Source: Lytechinus pictus (Eukaryota). From it: a stretch of DNA of 64,000 nucleotides. Numbering within the stretch: position 1 is the first letter of the stretch; each line of letters begins with the position of its first letter. Made by a program: the position numbers and the translations under genes. The stretch is taken from contig NC_087252.1 of NCBI RefSeq assembly GCF_037042905.1, forward strand, positions 26,660,001 to 26,724,000, in the 5' to 3' direction. Positions 1 through 14,800 of this stretch are shown here, piece by piece. The notes under the pieces are model-generated. The model was not told the origin of the DNA and searched no databases. It saw only the letters and a list, made by a program, of their open reading frames with translations.

Positions 1-2156
1 ATGAAAAACCCCAGGTTGAGCCTGTTCGCACTGTAAGGTTCGCATTGGGCTAGGAATCGCGAGGAGATGCTCTGAGGTGTTTTGGCTCGGTCATTACGTT
101 GTACATGATTTAGGTGCTTTAAATAGACCTTCACATTACCGTCATGGCCTGTGGGCCAGGCTGCTGTACCAAGTTCATAAAGAGGTATTAAAGAGAATTC
201 CTTGATGGATATCTTGGTGATATCTCAAAATCAACCTCATTTCTATAATAAAAGCGATGGAGGAATATGTACTGTATGTAATCTGGCCTAACATTTCAAT
301 CTTCTATAGGGCTTGGCCACTTTTCATAAGGGTACAGTTTTGATCTTATATTACAGCACAAATAGGGAAAAATAAAAAGGCACAAGAATCTTAAGGCCAG
401 TTAAAGGGGCATTGAGGCCAATCAATAGGGCTTCATCTTTGCTTTGGTATGTGTGTGCCCCTCACCCCTGCCCCCCTCCCGTACCCCTTTAGTTTGCAGG
501 CTCAGATCCTGATTGAAACATTGATCAACAAGTGGGTCTTCACACAAGACTAGCAAGCATAGGCACGCATTCAAACCACTTAAACTTGAGTGAAAGGTTT
601 GCATATAGCAGACTAGTACCCCCTACCCTTCCTTGGAAAATGGCAGCTGAGGAGGATTCCGGATGAAAACACGGCCAAAAGTGGCTCATACTTTTGTAAG
701 CGCGCCATCTCATGAAGATGTGAAAGACCCCTTGATGTGAGCCAAACACAGGAACTTCACCGAACACTCTTACCAGGATACCTCGTTATGGACAGTATCC
801 ATGGTAACGGGACAGGATGGCCATCCCAAGGAGGCGATATTCTTGGAACAGTAGCTGGAACAGATATTCTATATTGTATACTGCTTTTCTCTAAGATGTC
901 AATCTTTTATAATCTTTGTATTGTATTTTTGACTGGAAATGAAATTAAAGAATTCGATGGGTCTTATCCTATACATCTCCCTGTTCCATTTTTTCATCCT
1001 TATTTTCAGTCTGTGATACTTGTTATCTTTCACAGTTCTTTCTTCTTTAATATTTCCCTTTAAGTTAACTTTTCGAATTTTGCATCCAGAATTAAAACTA
1101 CTTCAAGGAAATGGTGAACACGAAACAATTTTCCTATCTTTTTACCTGACAACTACAGTATAAGCTACCAAAAGCCAGGCTATAAGCTTAATTGGCCAGT
1201 ACCAAATTTGCGATGAAAATTAAGGTGTTTTGTTGAAATGCTCCCCTTACCAATGCACATGTTTTACATATAAATGTATTCTGTTCGATTTCACATGAGC
1301 AAGAATAAGTGCATTAAGATGTAAAGACTGGTTGTTTGTTAGTAAGGTCCATGCCTAAAGGAAATAAACTGCATCTCTCGTCATATGTACAAATAATCAT
1401 TTTTAGTCCCCGTTTAAAAAATAATTGATTTATCCTCTTTTACTCACCCAACTATCAATTTTCGTTCAGATATTCTGCCCTCCTGCAGAATTTATCCAAT
1501 TTTAAAGTTCACCACAAAAAAGCTTATCTAGATATGGTATATGCCTACCGCTGAAAGAATGTGATGTTTTTCATGCTATTTATTCGGTTAATTGCGTTTA
1601 AATTTACTTTCAATTCTTCATTCATTTTGTACAGACAGATGGTCTCCTTTGGAAATCAAATTCTCAGCTCTCATTTTAGAATTGATGTGTTCAAAACCAT
1701 ATGGGTACCATCCAAGATAGCTTTTGATTGTCCTCAAATCTTTCTCTCATGGTTATTCAAAAGCATTAATGAAGTTTGGCAATTTCCAAGATTGATGAGT
1801 TTTTGTTTACGTTTTGCAGCTAAATTTGTCAAATTTCTATTTACATCTGATTGATAACTTCAGTGAGCCTGTATACAAACAAATAAAAAATGCCAACTGT
1901 ATTGTGCACTAAAAATAAAACTAATTTTGTATTTCTTTGATGTTACCATTATAGTGAAATTATTGCATTCAGTTACTTGTTTTTCAGAGTAATAGTTTAG
2001 TTGAATCCTTTCATAGAGTCTCTTTTAGGAAGTCGAAATGAGGAAATGTTTGCCTATTTTTTTTTATAGGGGTGCAGGGGGGGGGGGGGTGCGGTGAACC
2101 TAAAAAAATACTGTAGTCCAATGGAGCATGTTATTACTCAAAGGTAAACGATCTTA

Positions 2157-2596
2157 TACCCCTTTCAAACTGGCCTCTTCATTTTTCCCCGGCGAACTTC
2201 TCCGGCACGCAATCCTCACTTCCCGGCAAAGAAAAATATAACGCTTTTATAATAAATAGCGTTAGTAAAAAAAAAACCAAATTGTATGTTTGAGGGTATT
2301 TAACTCTATGGATTGATCGGATCGCTCACATAGCGTGGCCTTCCACATTAAGCCACAGAAACAACAGCTAGCTTGTGCGCGATATCTCAGTTCAGGGGAT
2401 TTCGGGGAGAAAAGAATTTGACCTCTGATGTCATCAAAGAGGAGAAGTTCTCCGGTGAGCTTTCATACTGGCCATTTCACCGGCGAACTTTGCCGGGGAA
2501 TTTCTCCACCTCCCGAGGTGAAGAAGTTTGCCGGCTGTACCTTTCATACTGGACACTTTCCCCTTTGCTGGGGAAAAGCACAGTATGAAAGGGGTA
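2157..2596. mobile_element. MITE (Harbinger-like or TA-targeting)
   Basis: TIR tacccctttcaaactg / cagtatgaaaggggta, flanked by TA on both sides. Confidence 0.7.
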
Positions 2597-2934
2597 TAAT
2601 GGAATCCTCCCCCACTTACTCACCCCCGCCAATTATCCCATAGACAAAGTGCTGCGGCATGATAAAACATTAATGTCACAACACTCTACCTTTACATTAA
2701 GTGCATCTTCAATATAACTTTGACAGATTAAACACTCCCATGGCCGTTGTTTTGAGGGGGCTACAGTGTTTTGGTGTTTGCGTAAAGTAGTTTTGGACAA
2801 CGCAGAGAAGGTCCTAGGTCACCGCTTTGCAAGACGTTCTTCACTCAAAGAAAGATGTCTAAATATGCATCCTAAATGCCCTGACTGGGACTGTTGTATA
2901 CAATAGATGGTCCATCTCTTTTGCACTCATCATG

Positions 2935-3349
2935 TCTCCGTTTATTTCCAACTTGTCTAATGCCAATTCCTCCGATGACCAACTCATCTTCTATTTAAGT
3001 CATCAGTTCGTCCACTATCCACATGGTCTAATCAAGAAGATATCCACTTCGTCCACTCACCATTTCGTCTAATAATCAATTGGTCCAATAGCCATTTAGT
3101 CCATGTATCATTTGGTCTAATTGGACTACCTAAGTGTTAATTTGGCGAAATGAATGAAAATGAAATGGATATTAGACCAACTTGTTATGAGAGGAAATGG
3201 TCACAGGCGAACTGGTGCTTAGATGAAGTGATTATTGGACCAAGTGGCTGTTAGACAAAGTGTTGATGGACGAAATGGCATTTGACTAAATGAAGGTAGA
3301 CAACGTGACGAGTGGAGGAGTTGGCAGTAGACGAATCGGCAAGTTACCC
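2935..3349. mobile_element. Degenerate foldback-type repeat with short tandem subunits
   Basis: Left half rich in (t/c)gtc(t/c)a units, right half in reverse-complement t(a/g)gac units; relative at about 16645-17020. Confidence 0.55.
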
Positions 3350-6175
3350 ATGTCTCAATACCCCACTTGTTGATTAAACTGTCAATCTTAGTCTGCGCCT
3401 GCAGACTAGGTCACCATGATGCCAAGGGCCCTAAAACATGAAAGGGGACGTCCACTCTGAAAATTAGTTGAACATTGATGGGTGCGGAGAGTTGGCATTC
3501 CAGCTGAAGATCATGATCGACCATCTTTGGATGAAGTCCATTGTCCATGTTTGTAATCAAACAGGTCTTACCTTGTTGAGAGGGTTTTGATTGGCTATTG
3601 AGCATAGTTACAATGGAACTTGTGATCAGTGGCATACATGTAGAGTGAACAGTGAACATCATTGGTTTAAAATAAAAACTGACTTTGAACAGTCCATGAG
3701 AAGAGGACTTTTCAGAGTTTGATTGTATCAATTACTTATGCTTTTGATTGCATTTTCAATTGCATTTTTATTGATATTGCATTCTGTTTTCACTTTGATT
3801 GATTTGATGCATTTTGATTGCATCTGAATGCATTTGTTTCAACAAGAACCATAATAAACCTCAGGAGCATTGCCATCAATCTTTCTCTTAAAATCAAGAC
3901 TTTGTAAAGTCAAAACAACCCTATTCTTATTATTATATTTTTATTAGAACATATTTATTCAGGTACAAAAGATCAGCATAAAACTGTTTTTCATCAATGA
4001 CCTGATAAAAACAAAGAACAACAAAAATCATATCATACATGAAAATAAGTCAAAATCTGAGTAAAATAAAACAATGCTTTGTAACATAAATAAAAAAATA
4101 ATTTTATTTTAATAAATGATAATATGAATAAAACTCAAATAATTAAGTTATCAAAAGGGAACAGTTACTAATTATAAAACTACTAATTGTATAATTTATT
4201 CACTGATAAAAAACACTGAAATGATAGCAATGAATTAATTATGGCATCATAGGAAATATATAGAAAGTCGTGTGAAACAATAACAATACGGTATTAATGT
4301 ATGTCTAATCTCTACATGTCTACATGTATGATGGATTTTGGTCGTGAAAACCAACTCCACGAGCGTGGAGTGTTCCTATAAACAGGTGAGAAGAAAAGTT
4401 TGGTCAAGGCATTAATGAATCCATCGCATCGGCACGTCCATCTCATGGATGGGTGACGAGTTGATTCTTCAATATTTGTCGACAATAGCCATCTGATTAG
4501 ACCGCACACAGATCAGGTGAGATGTGACAAAGCCGAGCTATATTTAAATGCGATTAAATCACAGAACCCTAGAAATTCTCTCTCCCACCAGGGTTGTAAC
4601 GACGACGACGACAATGTCCTCCCCATTTGCATGCTAAATACAGTTTGAAATAGAAGAGATTGTGGAGGAAAGAAAGCATAGCGTGCAATGTTTACGTTTA
4701 TGCTCTATGAAGAAGTCACTGTAGAAGTTTACATCATTGAATGTGGTCTGTCAACATGCTGATTGTAGCGTATTCGAGGAGGCGTGACCTAGCAGGCGAA
4801 CGCTTGCTCCTCGTTGGACGATGTCGTGGTGGGTTGGCCCTCGCCGCCGGTGTATAACCCAGACCTAGTTTTGCCCGGGAATTTTATTTATGTAGCAACA
4901 CCCAGGCAGGAAACTAGCTAAAGGTCAAAGTTCATCTGTCGGTTAGTCTGCTTCCTTTTGCGAATCTATTAGCCTTTTCCTTTCATGTACTGGATGTGTG
5001 GGAAAACAAGCGATGTAAATGAAGGTATTCAGAGAAAGAGAGCGAGATAAAGAGAGAGAGAGAGAGAAATGGAATGGTTGTAGACAATTTTTTGGGGGGA
5101 TGAGAAAACAAATGCATATGAAACACATTTCTTCAATTGTATTTATCAATATCATTATGTAGGTGCAGAAGATTTTCTGTTATAGGGGGGAAGAAAAGTT
5201 TTCACAGCATCTAGAAAAGATGCCCAACGGTGGGTAGAAGTGCTGTTGAAGTTCTAAAGAATTTTAAAAATAACAAGAAAGGTTAACCGTACACTTGTCA
5301 ATGAGAAATATGAAAGTAATAATGATACTTTATAATTGCATAGGAAAGGGAGATGTGCTATTACAGGTGAAGGAAACAAAATTCCCATTACCTACAAAAG
5401 ATGCATTTAAAGTGCTAACATTTTTAATGGTGGTGTTGAAGTAAAAATTTTTTTTGAAAGAATGCCAATGGATGACACTTGTTAATGAGTAAGACTGGGT
5501 TAATGTTCGAGGAACCGGGGCAAGGTTTGAAGATTTTCAGGTCTTTTAAATCTATTCCCTTGCTCTCGCTCAAGGCCCTGCGTGCCCTGTAGGGAAATAA
5601 GATCATTCGCCGTGAGCTGAACACGCTTGGCATCAATATCAGCAGACGAACGAAAATCGAGACGGAGCACTTGCCGCCGGAGGAGGTTCGTCCGTCCGTT
5701 TCCTTCAAACACAATTCCCCCTTCTTTCTTCCCCCGGGTAGGTAGGCAGTGTTGTGAATCTCGAAACCATCCTGCATTTGCATTTAGGGGAGTTCAAACT
5801 CGGGTGAGATGATAATTTAGCTTCTGTTGGTTTTTTCCTTGATGACAGAGAGAAAGATAGAGACGGGGAGAAAGGGGTCTAGCAGCAGGGATGGCGTATG
5901 ATCGTCTTGAATGTGACTTGCATTTGTGATTGAGAAAAAAAAAGTGGAATGAGAGATGGAGAGAGAGGAAGAGAAAGAGAGAGAGAATGAGTAAGAAACT
6001 GGAAAGAAGGAATGAGAGATAGAGACAGACAGAAAGGGAGAGAGAGAGAGAGACAAGGGGAATTGAAATAGTAAGAAATTAATAAAAAGGGGAGAGCTTA
6101 AGAAAATGATGAGGAAGACGAAAGGAATGGAAGGCAAATAATGTATTAACAGGAGGAGGTGAGGTTTGTAGGCAT

Positions 6176-6487
6176 AGGCCCGTATTCTGAAGTCGGGTTT
6201 AAGTTAGACTTGGGTTTAAAGTTGTGGTTTAAGTATGGACAGCCAATTGTTACATAAATCAGTAACAATAGGGATATCATATTTCAGCTCATTTATGGCT
6301 CTCAAATCATTCATAATTGTCTACGAAGTATGAAAAATTATTGTCTTCACCATCGATGAATCAGGAAAGAGCACAGTAAACAGAAGAAACATACAACTTA
6401 ATAAAAAAATGATACTTTTGGCTTCCCATACTTAAACCACAACTTTAAACCCGAGTTTAAGTTAAACCCGACTTCAGAATACGGGCC
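6176..6487. mobile_element. PIF/Harbinger-like MITE
   Basis: TIR ggcccgtattctgaagtcgggtttaa, 3-bp TSD ATA; second copy at about 36286-36599. Confidence 0.85.
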
Positions 6488-7437
6488 ATAGGGGTTAAGA
6501 AAAAGTGAATGGGTGTTGAGAAAAGGACTTGGCTTATGTATATTTTGAGAAATGTGTGTAACATATTGAGTGAGAGAGAGAAAAGAAAGAAAGAAAGACA
6601 AACGGAGGATAGAAGAGAAGTGAGACACATGTGAATGAAAGTTGACAAATGAGATGGGTAGGAAAGAAGAAAAAAGAAAAGGTGATGAAGCAGGTTCGGG
6701 AATATTATCCATTTTCAATTTCAATTTGACTTTGAAATACAGATTACGATACAAACAGATAGTGAAAGACTTTTTTTGCACAAAAGAAGAAGAGATTATC
6801 CTATTTCGCCTGAGCAGTAAAAACAAAAATTAGTGACGAAGATTGTGAGGAAAGGGAAATATACACAAAAATTTGAACAGTGATTAGAAGAGGAGGAAGC
6901 GGTTTGGATGCTTGCAAATACAAGGAATTGGAACAAGTATTCGGTCATGTTCTCGCAGACGTCATTAATGTACTTTCCGTTTTCTTTTGCTCGATTTAAC
7001 CGTAGAACCTGTATGAGACCCCCTCTCCTCGCTGATTGCCGGGCATGTTTTTGACATTATGCAATATTGCAGTTGAATTGTGGATGGTGAAACGCACTGA
7101 ACTTAATGCGAACTTCAGAAGCATATACATTCTCTCACTTTGGGGAGGGCTTAGGTTGTGTTTTTTTACGCGAGACAACTGCTTTTACTTCTTGACCAGA
7201 TCCTTTTACGATTAATGAAATCAGTCTGCTTTATCTCTGTTCGTTTCAAGTTGATTAATTTTTTTTTGTAAAGTCATTTTAGAGTTTAGTTTAGTGTTAC
7301 GGGCAGTGGTTGGGCTCTGGAGTAGGAATTAAGTGCTAAGGCTGAAAGATGGGAAAGATAGGCTTGTCATTTAATACAAATTCGATGCGCTCATTTGGTC
7401 AGTGTCCTCGCACTTATAGCTGTTCAGTCTTTATTAA

Positions 7438-8029
7438 AGGAGAATGAAACTCTTGGAGCAAGTTAGCTTTTGTGAAAGCAGAAAAATCAAAGAATAAGAT
7501 CAACAAAAGTTTGAGTAAAATAGGACTAGCAATAGAAGAGTTATGAGCATTTGAATGTCAAGATCACTAATGCTATGGAGATCCTCCTTTTGGCAATGCG
7601 ACCAAGATCTATGATGTCACAGATCTCCCCTTTTGGACACTCTCCCCTTTTGGACACTGAAAATATACCCCAAAACATCTCTTTTTGCTCATTCTAATCA
7701 TATGACAAAATGATTCATCAATGATATAATGTTGTGAAACCTCTGTACTTGTCCTCTCATAAAGAGAACACCTCACCTTGTGATAGACTATAAAAGTTAG
7801 AATATAAGTGAAATAAGTACTAAAGTAACGAGGGAGTTGTACGTGTGTGACATCACAGATCTTGGTCGCATTGCCAATGGGAGGATCTACATGGCATTAG
7901 TGATCTCAATATTCAAATGCTCATAACTTTCTCATTATTCATTCAATCTTCCTCAAATTTTCAACAATATGTTTCTTTGATTTTTCTCTTTGATATGGAT
8001 TCAGCTGGTTTCATGGGTTTCATTCTCCT
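7438..8029. mobile_element. Kolobok-like non-autonomous element
   Basis: TTAA TSD, termini aggagaatgaaac / gtttcattctcct, long internal inverted arms. Confidence 0.8.
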
Positions 8030-11000
8030 TTAAAGTTACCGAATTTGACACTTTTGTGAAGAAACAGTGTAGAAATTATCGTAAAGGAAAACAATGTGTG
8101 CATGGAAATGAGTTAAGAAAATATTATTTGAATAACATAGTAAAAAGAAATTATGAAAGCAGGTTTATTGAAACATTAAAGTAATTATATAAAGCAGGAT
8201 TACATGTATAAAAGAAGGTTTGTAGAAACATAAAAGAGGGTTTAAAGAAGCAGATGGTTTATATAGAAACATATAAAAGAAGGTTTATAGAAACATGCAT
8301 TTATGATCACTTAAAGAAAGTTGTAAATAAGCTCCTAGATAAAGGAATAAAAAAATCAAAAGAAGTATAGCTTACAAAGAACATCCCAAAGAAAAAAAAT
8401 ACAGAAAAGATGCACATGAAATAAATCAAAATGATACACTTTTAATATACTTTAGGATAGATGCTCACCAAAACATATTTGGCTATACATGGAGTTGAGT
8501 CATCCATTCATAATTGAAAGAAACTTTATCAAATATTCATCATCTATTTTCATCTATTTCTTATTCATCTTGATCATGATATAGAGGGCAAGTTTCATAG
8601 GAAAGTTTGGAGTGAATTTCTACCCCCCCCCGATATCTCAGTCTTTCTTCACTTTGCTTTGGTTATACTTATTTATTGTTAATATTTCTTTCTATATTAC
8701 TTCTTTATTGTCTTTGCGACTTTTTTTCTTTCTCTTTGTCTATCTTTATTTTTCTCCTTTATTTTTCTCTTTCTTTTCTTCCTCAATAGATTATCTTAAT
8801 ATTTTCCTTCACATTTGAGTTTTTCTCTCCCTCATATTTCATATGTCTTTTTCATACTTCAATAAATTTCATCTAGTTGCCCACCTGCTCTCTTCTCTCC
8901 TGTGTTTGTCCTCTCTCTGTCTGTCGGTTGTTCATCTGCTTTGTTTGCCCCCTTTCCAAAGTTGCCCTTTCACGTTTCTTCTTCAATCAAGAGTTCAAAA
9001 CATTGTGTAATAACACAGAAATAGATCATGAACACCTTTTGCCTTGCATTGGCCAATTTTAATCAGACACGATGTGCGTTATTACTCTTCAATGAGAAGG
9101 GTTCTCTGGCCTAAAAATAGAGCGACACTTCACCCAATAAACTTGGTTTAACACATGTTCAGTGTACGACAAATGATGCTCTCGATATATCGCAATGAGA
9201 CAGAATAATTGGCTTGACTATGTAGCTCATATTCTACGTGTAATAGCTCAGGAGAAGCGAGGGGTATACATATATACTCATCAACCAATTACAGTAATGG
9301 CTCAAAAATAAAAGCAAATATTTCCCCCTTTCGTTCTCTCCTCGAAATTGCTCATATGACGATGACGTCGAGAGTATCCCAGCCATGGGTTTGTGAGAGA
9401 GGTGCGTCGTCGGGATGACATTGCAAACGATGTGACGTAAAGCCTTGCTCCCAGGCTCTCGGATGTATTATATATTTTCCCCGTCAGGTGATTTGGATGA
9501 TTAAAAATCATAATTTCCATGAACATGTATAATTATCAGAATGCACTGTATGTTCAGACGATGTTCTTGCAGGGCATAAAAAATGCATTGATTATGAAAA
9601 AGATGGTTAAGTTAAATCAGACTATCCACAGCCAATCTGTATATGAGTTTTCTCCTTATAATTTCTCTCTTTTTATATTTTCCCCTTTGTATTCTATTCT
9701 ATATTTTGCAACTACTAGTTACAGTGTGTGTTTGTGAATCTCTTGCCTCAGTCACACTTAACGAAACCGACCCCAAACCGACCAACGGTATGTCATTGGT
9801 AATAACCTAAATAGCTTTGGTCTGTTTGGTGTCTGGATCACTGGTGTGATTGTAGCATAACCATCTTTCTTTTGAAAAGTTGATTCATTTCTTTGTTCTC
9901 AACAAGCCCAACCTGACTCATCTCTGTATAATTGATGCAAGTATGAAAGGAAGGGTGTGTTCAGGCCAATGATACAAAACGCTTTTTATCGGCTTGTGTG
10001 CTGTATCAAAGGCTGCAGAAATTAATTTAAAAAAAATTGTTTGATGGCTCATAGAGACATTCATTTATTCATTTTTAAAACTTTTTGTTTATTTATTCAT
10101 TTGTTCATTTGTTTGGTTCTTCATTAATTCATTCATTCTTCCACCTGTCCGTCCGTCCATCCATCCATTTATTTCTGCATGTTTCAACAGTTTACATCTT
10201 ATGATCATGAACATAACAGCATATGATAAACATTTAAAAATATTCAATTATTTCACAATTGCATATGTCAATTGCATAGAAGCATAGAGAAAGTATTTTG
10301 AGAAAAAAATACTTTATTTTTATTGATCCAATACTTAAGTGAACATAATATTTTGCAACAAATTTCTTTCAAATGCATGATTCTAGACCAAAAATTATTC
10401 GCTTGAACACATTCTAGATGTTGGGTTGGTCTGAGCCTTGTATGTGATAGAAATGGAATCGGTAATGAGGAAATACTAATAACAGACTATGAATCATAAA
10501 ACCAGCGGAGATCTTTATTGCCATTTGGCCTGTTTAAAAAAAAATCAATTTGGGATACCCGGTAATGATCTTTTTAAAACAGCAAAAATGCTGTTTAAAA
10601 TTTCATACTTTATGCTTGGGTATGTCATCTGAAATGTATCGTGAGAAGTGGGAAAATTTGGAGTGGATAAGACAATGCTAGATTAGTCTTTTGAGTGATG
10701 AGAATGATGCATGGCATAATAAAAAAAGAGCTATGTGGTAGTTAATGTTAGCTTTTGAAATACATCCTAAAAATGTTAAATTCAGCATTTTCTCTTTTGA
10801 CTATTTATTTATTTATTTATTTATTCATCTATTTATCTATTTATCTATTTATCTATTTATTTATTTATTTATTCATGCATGAATAGGTATTGGATAGATG
10901 TAAAGAGAAAAATATTATTTAGAGGTGTTCTACTGGGATTCCTTCCCTAAAAATAATGATGAACTTATAGGTATTTTAGATAAACATGAAGGTGTATATC

Positions 11001-11621
11001 GTAAGGAAATATGTATCAGTATTAGATGTATTAAATTATGATTCCTCCCATTTGTTTTGCTTCCTTCTTTGGCCTCCTCTTAACATGGGTAATGACAAAA
11101 TCCTTTGTTGTCATCTTTCAGCTTTTCCCAAAATGGCACAAACTAAGATTTAGGGAAACCAAATGTTGATCTATTTATTGTCTGAAAGGCTTTGCGGCTT
11201 TCAACAGCAAATCTTGTGGCTGGCTCGTGAAGAGCAAAGACTTGCTCCGACAAGAATACATGATGCTTCACCGGAACTCTTCAGATATTGCCATATATCC
11301 AAACTGGAAGAAGATACAGTGATTTATATGGTTCAAAGGATTATATTCTGTAATGTCATCTGTTTTGCGGCGTGCCATTTGTATTTGATGTCCAGCAGAA
11401 AAGAGCACATAGAAAAATTCAAATTTTCATATTTGAGATTAGAGGATATCAACCATGGTATCCTTAGAGATTAATTGTAATATTGAAAAAGGATGAAAAA
11501 AGTCTTGGATTCTATTCCAAGTAAACATGAAAATCGTCACTGGACATTGCAGTTTGATCCCTCTTAAGCCAATATTCATCAAGTATCCTTAACGTGTGTT
11601 CATTCTTTACTTTCGTTGCAG

Positions 11622-11836
11622 ACTCGCGACCCCAGATTGACCCGTCTAAGTTTGACATGGACGAGGCTGAGGCTGCCAACATGCTGATATCGCTGGGCAA
11701 CTCGCGATCGGGAACGCCGTCTTTCACACCGATTCAGCATCACTCGGCTCCCCACTCTCCCCGTACCGCTTCCAAGACGCCGTCTCCTGCCCACTTCGGC
11801 CACCGCAGCCAGACTACTTTCATGCCCATCTCACAG
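11622..11836 (+). CDS. cic: cic exon 1 (CIC-L N-terminal conserved motif)
   Basis: ttgcag| acceptor, cag|gtataa donor; [35 protein letters not shown] resembles vertebrate CIC-L. Confidence 0.9.
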
Positions 11837-14800
11837 GTATAAATCATCATTATTGTAGGCGTACAACAGACTATGCTGCAACAAAAACATCTTTTCTGTC
11901 TGATGTTTGTTTTGTTTAAATTAGTCTTAAATAGTTGAAATAGTAAGGAATGTCTTGATGATTCATTTCAGAGGTCATCAAATCCTACCATTGAAATAAC
12001 TTTACAGATTAATATTCAGACACTTATGACACATTGTGTTGGTAGAGTTGTTTAACCTGGATCGATCGGTCAATCAATCGAAATCGATCGATCGGGTCAG
12101 TCAGTCAGTCAGAGTTGGTTAAAGCCATGCTTGGCCATCAACTTTGACCAAGCTACTCTGTCCATTCTCTATCCTTTTTACAAATATTTTAAACATGTCT
12201 TGATCAGTCATTTCAAAGTAAAACACACAAGGTGCATGATTTGGTGATAATGCATTACTTTACATGACGGAATGATTCAGGAAGACTGGATAAATTCAAG
12301 ATTTCCTCGTCAGCGATCCCATTGAGAGTTAGTGAAAGCCATCCTTGGCCATCTACTTTGGCCAAGCTCTAGCCTGTCCATTCTCTCCACATGTAATATT
12401 ACACCTCTGCTGCCACCTGAAAAGAGAAATTAGGTTCTGGGTGGGTCCGTTGTCATTATTCCTCTTAAAGGATGGAAATCTGGGGCCTGTTTCATAAAGA
12501 AGTTAAAACTCGGTTAGTTTGCAATTTTGGTAACTACCATCGTAACAGCATAGCGGCCAGTCACGATAAAGCTTTTTATGGGACTCACAATAATGGCAAA
12601 GTTACCATAGTTGTAACACTTTTTGAAACGGGGCTCCCGGACCCCATCTTACAAAGACTTGTAAGTGATCTAAACTTCTGTTGTTAGGAGATATGGGCCC
12701 CGTTGTACAAAGAGTTACGATTGATCCAATCAATTGTAACTCTCTGGAAATCCATCAGTGTCATAATTTTTTCTACAGGAAATTTGCAAAATGTCCTTTG
12801 TAATAAAAGGAGAACACCCCAAATTGTCAAGAAATCAATGAATTTATGGATATGCATTCATATCTAGATTTTTTTTTGAACAAACATGCATTTCATATGT
12901 TGACTTTGCTGGCTTTCCATAGTTGCGATTGATCGGATCAATCGTAACTCTTTGTACAGCGGGGCCATGATCAATCGCAAATTGAGTTTGATTTGAATTG
13001 AATCTATCGCAAAGATCTATAAGACACGGCTGCTTGTGGTATCCGTGGAGGTGCATACCGGTGCTTGCATGATGATAATAATTATGCTTGCTGATATAGC
13101 GCTTAAGTCACCTTTTCAGAAGTCTCTAAGCGCTCTACATGTTTAATCATGTACAGTAACGCAGCATAATTACACTGTCTTTAGCAGAACGGCTGTTATG
13201 CGCTCTGCGTTTCAAGAAATAAATAAGTGCAGCACAATGTGGGTAAATTTCTTGCTGAAGGAAAACACACCTTGGCTTGGAATCGAACCCACGTCATTAG
13301 GATTGAAAGATGAGAGGCATTACCATTAGACCATGATGCCCCCGCATAGATTTGATTGGTTCAGAAAACACATACGTCAGTGAAAATCACTGGACTATTT
13401 GCTTTGTGAAAAACTCCCCTGGCGGGTACATCATCCGATCCCAACCGCTACTCGGGTCTAATGAGGACACCTCCCATATGTAGTCCGCTTTGTATGCCGG
13501 TCATGTGCCTGGATCGGCGAAATGAATATGCCCGATTCACCCAAAGCGGCATGTACCAGACAGCTATAACTAAAGTAATTGGTTATTTGCAAGACTGTCC
13601 TGTCCAACCTCGCCTCAAAATATACATCCCCGAGACCTCATCTCCAACAACATCAGCATTCCTTGCTGCCCCCATTTAAATCCTCTCTCCTCTTTTTTTT
13701 TTGGGGGGTAAATATTTCCTAGTAGTCTTGTTTGAGTTTCCTAATGTTCCTCCGGAGGCATCGTGTCATGTACTTAAGAAGGGTATCCAGTATTTATAGG
13801 GATAGTTGAGAGGCGATTGTTTATATGCTTTGATGAATGTGTTTGTTGATTATGCTTCACGTTTTGTCATGAAAACGCTCCATGGTTCATCAATCATGCC
13901 ATTGAGGGTGATGACGAGAATGGCAATGGGGGTGCAAAGATTTCCGGTAGGGACAATACAAAACAATACCTGTAAAGTTTGCGAATGTTAGATGTACAAA
14001 ATCGATATTCATGGTGGGATGTCTTTGATGAATGTTTAACACTGTAAAATCTAATCTAATGAAATGATCAATCGGGAATTGATATTGCAAAATGATGAAG
14101 GAAAGAATTGCGTACTGTATTGGAAGTGCATGTTGATTTGTAAAAGTCAGCAGGTTTCCCGCCATTACCATGGCCGAATTGATGAATTGGGAAAGACATT
14201 TATTTGTCTGTCTTTTCTTGAATGTTTATGAAACAGCAGAATGTTTCATTATCGATTTATACAATTTTGTTATCCTGAAAACTTGAAAAAGCTTTTCAAA
14301 CTTTAAAAAGTATGTTTCAAACTTTTCTTTTTCTGCTGCAGTGTTTAAAAAAAAAATCCCACCTTTTGGTCTCATTTCACTCCATTACAGTTATTTGTTT
14401 GAACAAATTGAAACTGCAAATATATTGATATTGTTAGTTATGTTTGTTTTTATTGTACAAATTTCAAGAGTACCGAAGACTAAAGTATGAAAATTATTTA
14501 CATATCATGCTCAGAATTTAGATGTTTTTACAGAGTTGAATTGAAACCGAAATTTTTTATTAATAAATCTTTAATCAGACATCAAATGCAATTTTATATT
14601 AGTTTTAATCTGTACACTGTACCCCAAATTTGGTAATTACAATGAGACAGGAATTCAATATTGAATGTCATGTGTTTTTATATCAGATGAAGCAACAAAA
14701 AATATAAATATGATGCCAAGATTAAGGCATTTTTGAAACATACTGATATATTCTCAAACAAAATATTTTTTGAATAATGAAATCATTTTTCTTGCACTTT

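Noticed and set aside
1-850. Possible upstream cic exon or decayed tyrosine-recombinase retroelement
   Set aside because: No CIC motif, frequent stops, and only faint motif resemblance; cannot be supported without a profile search.
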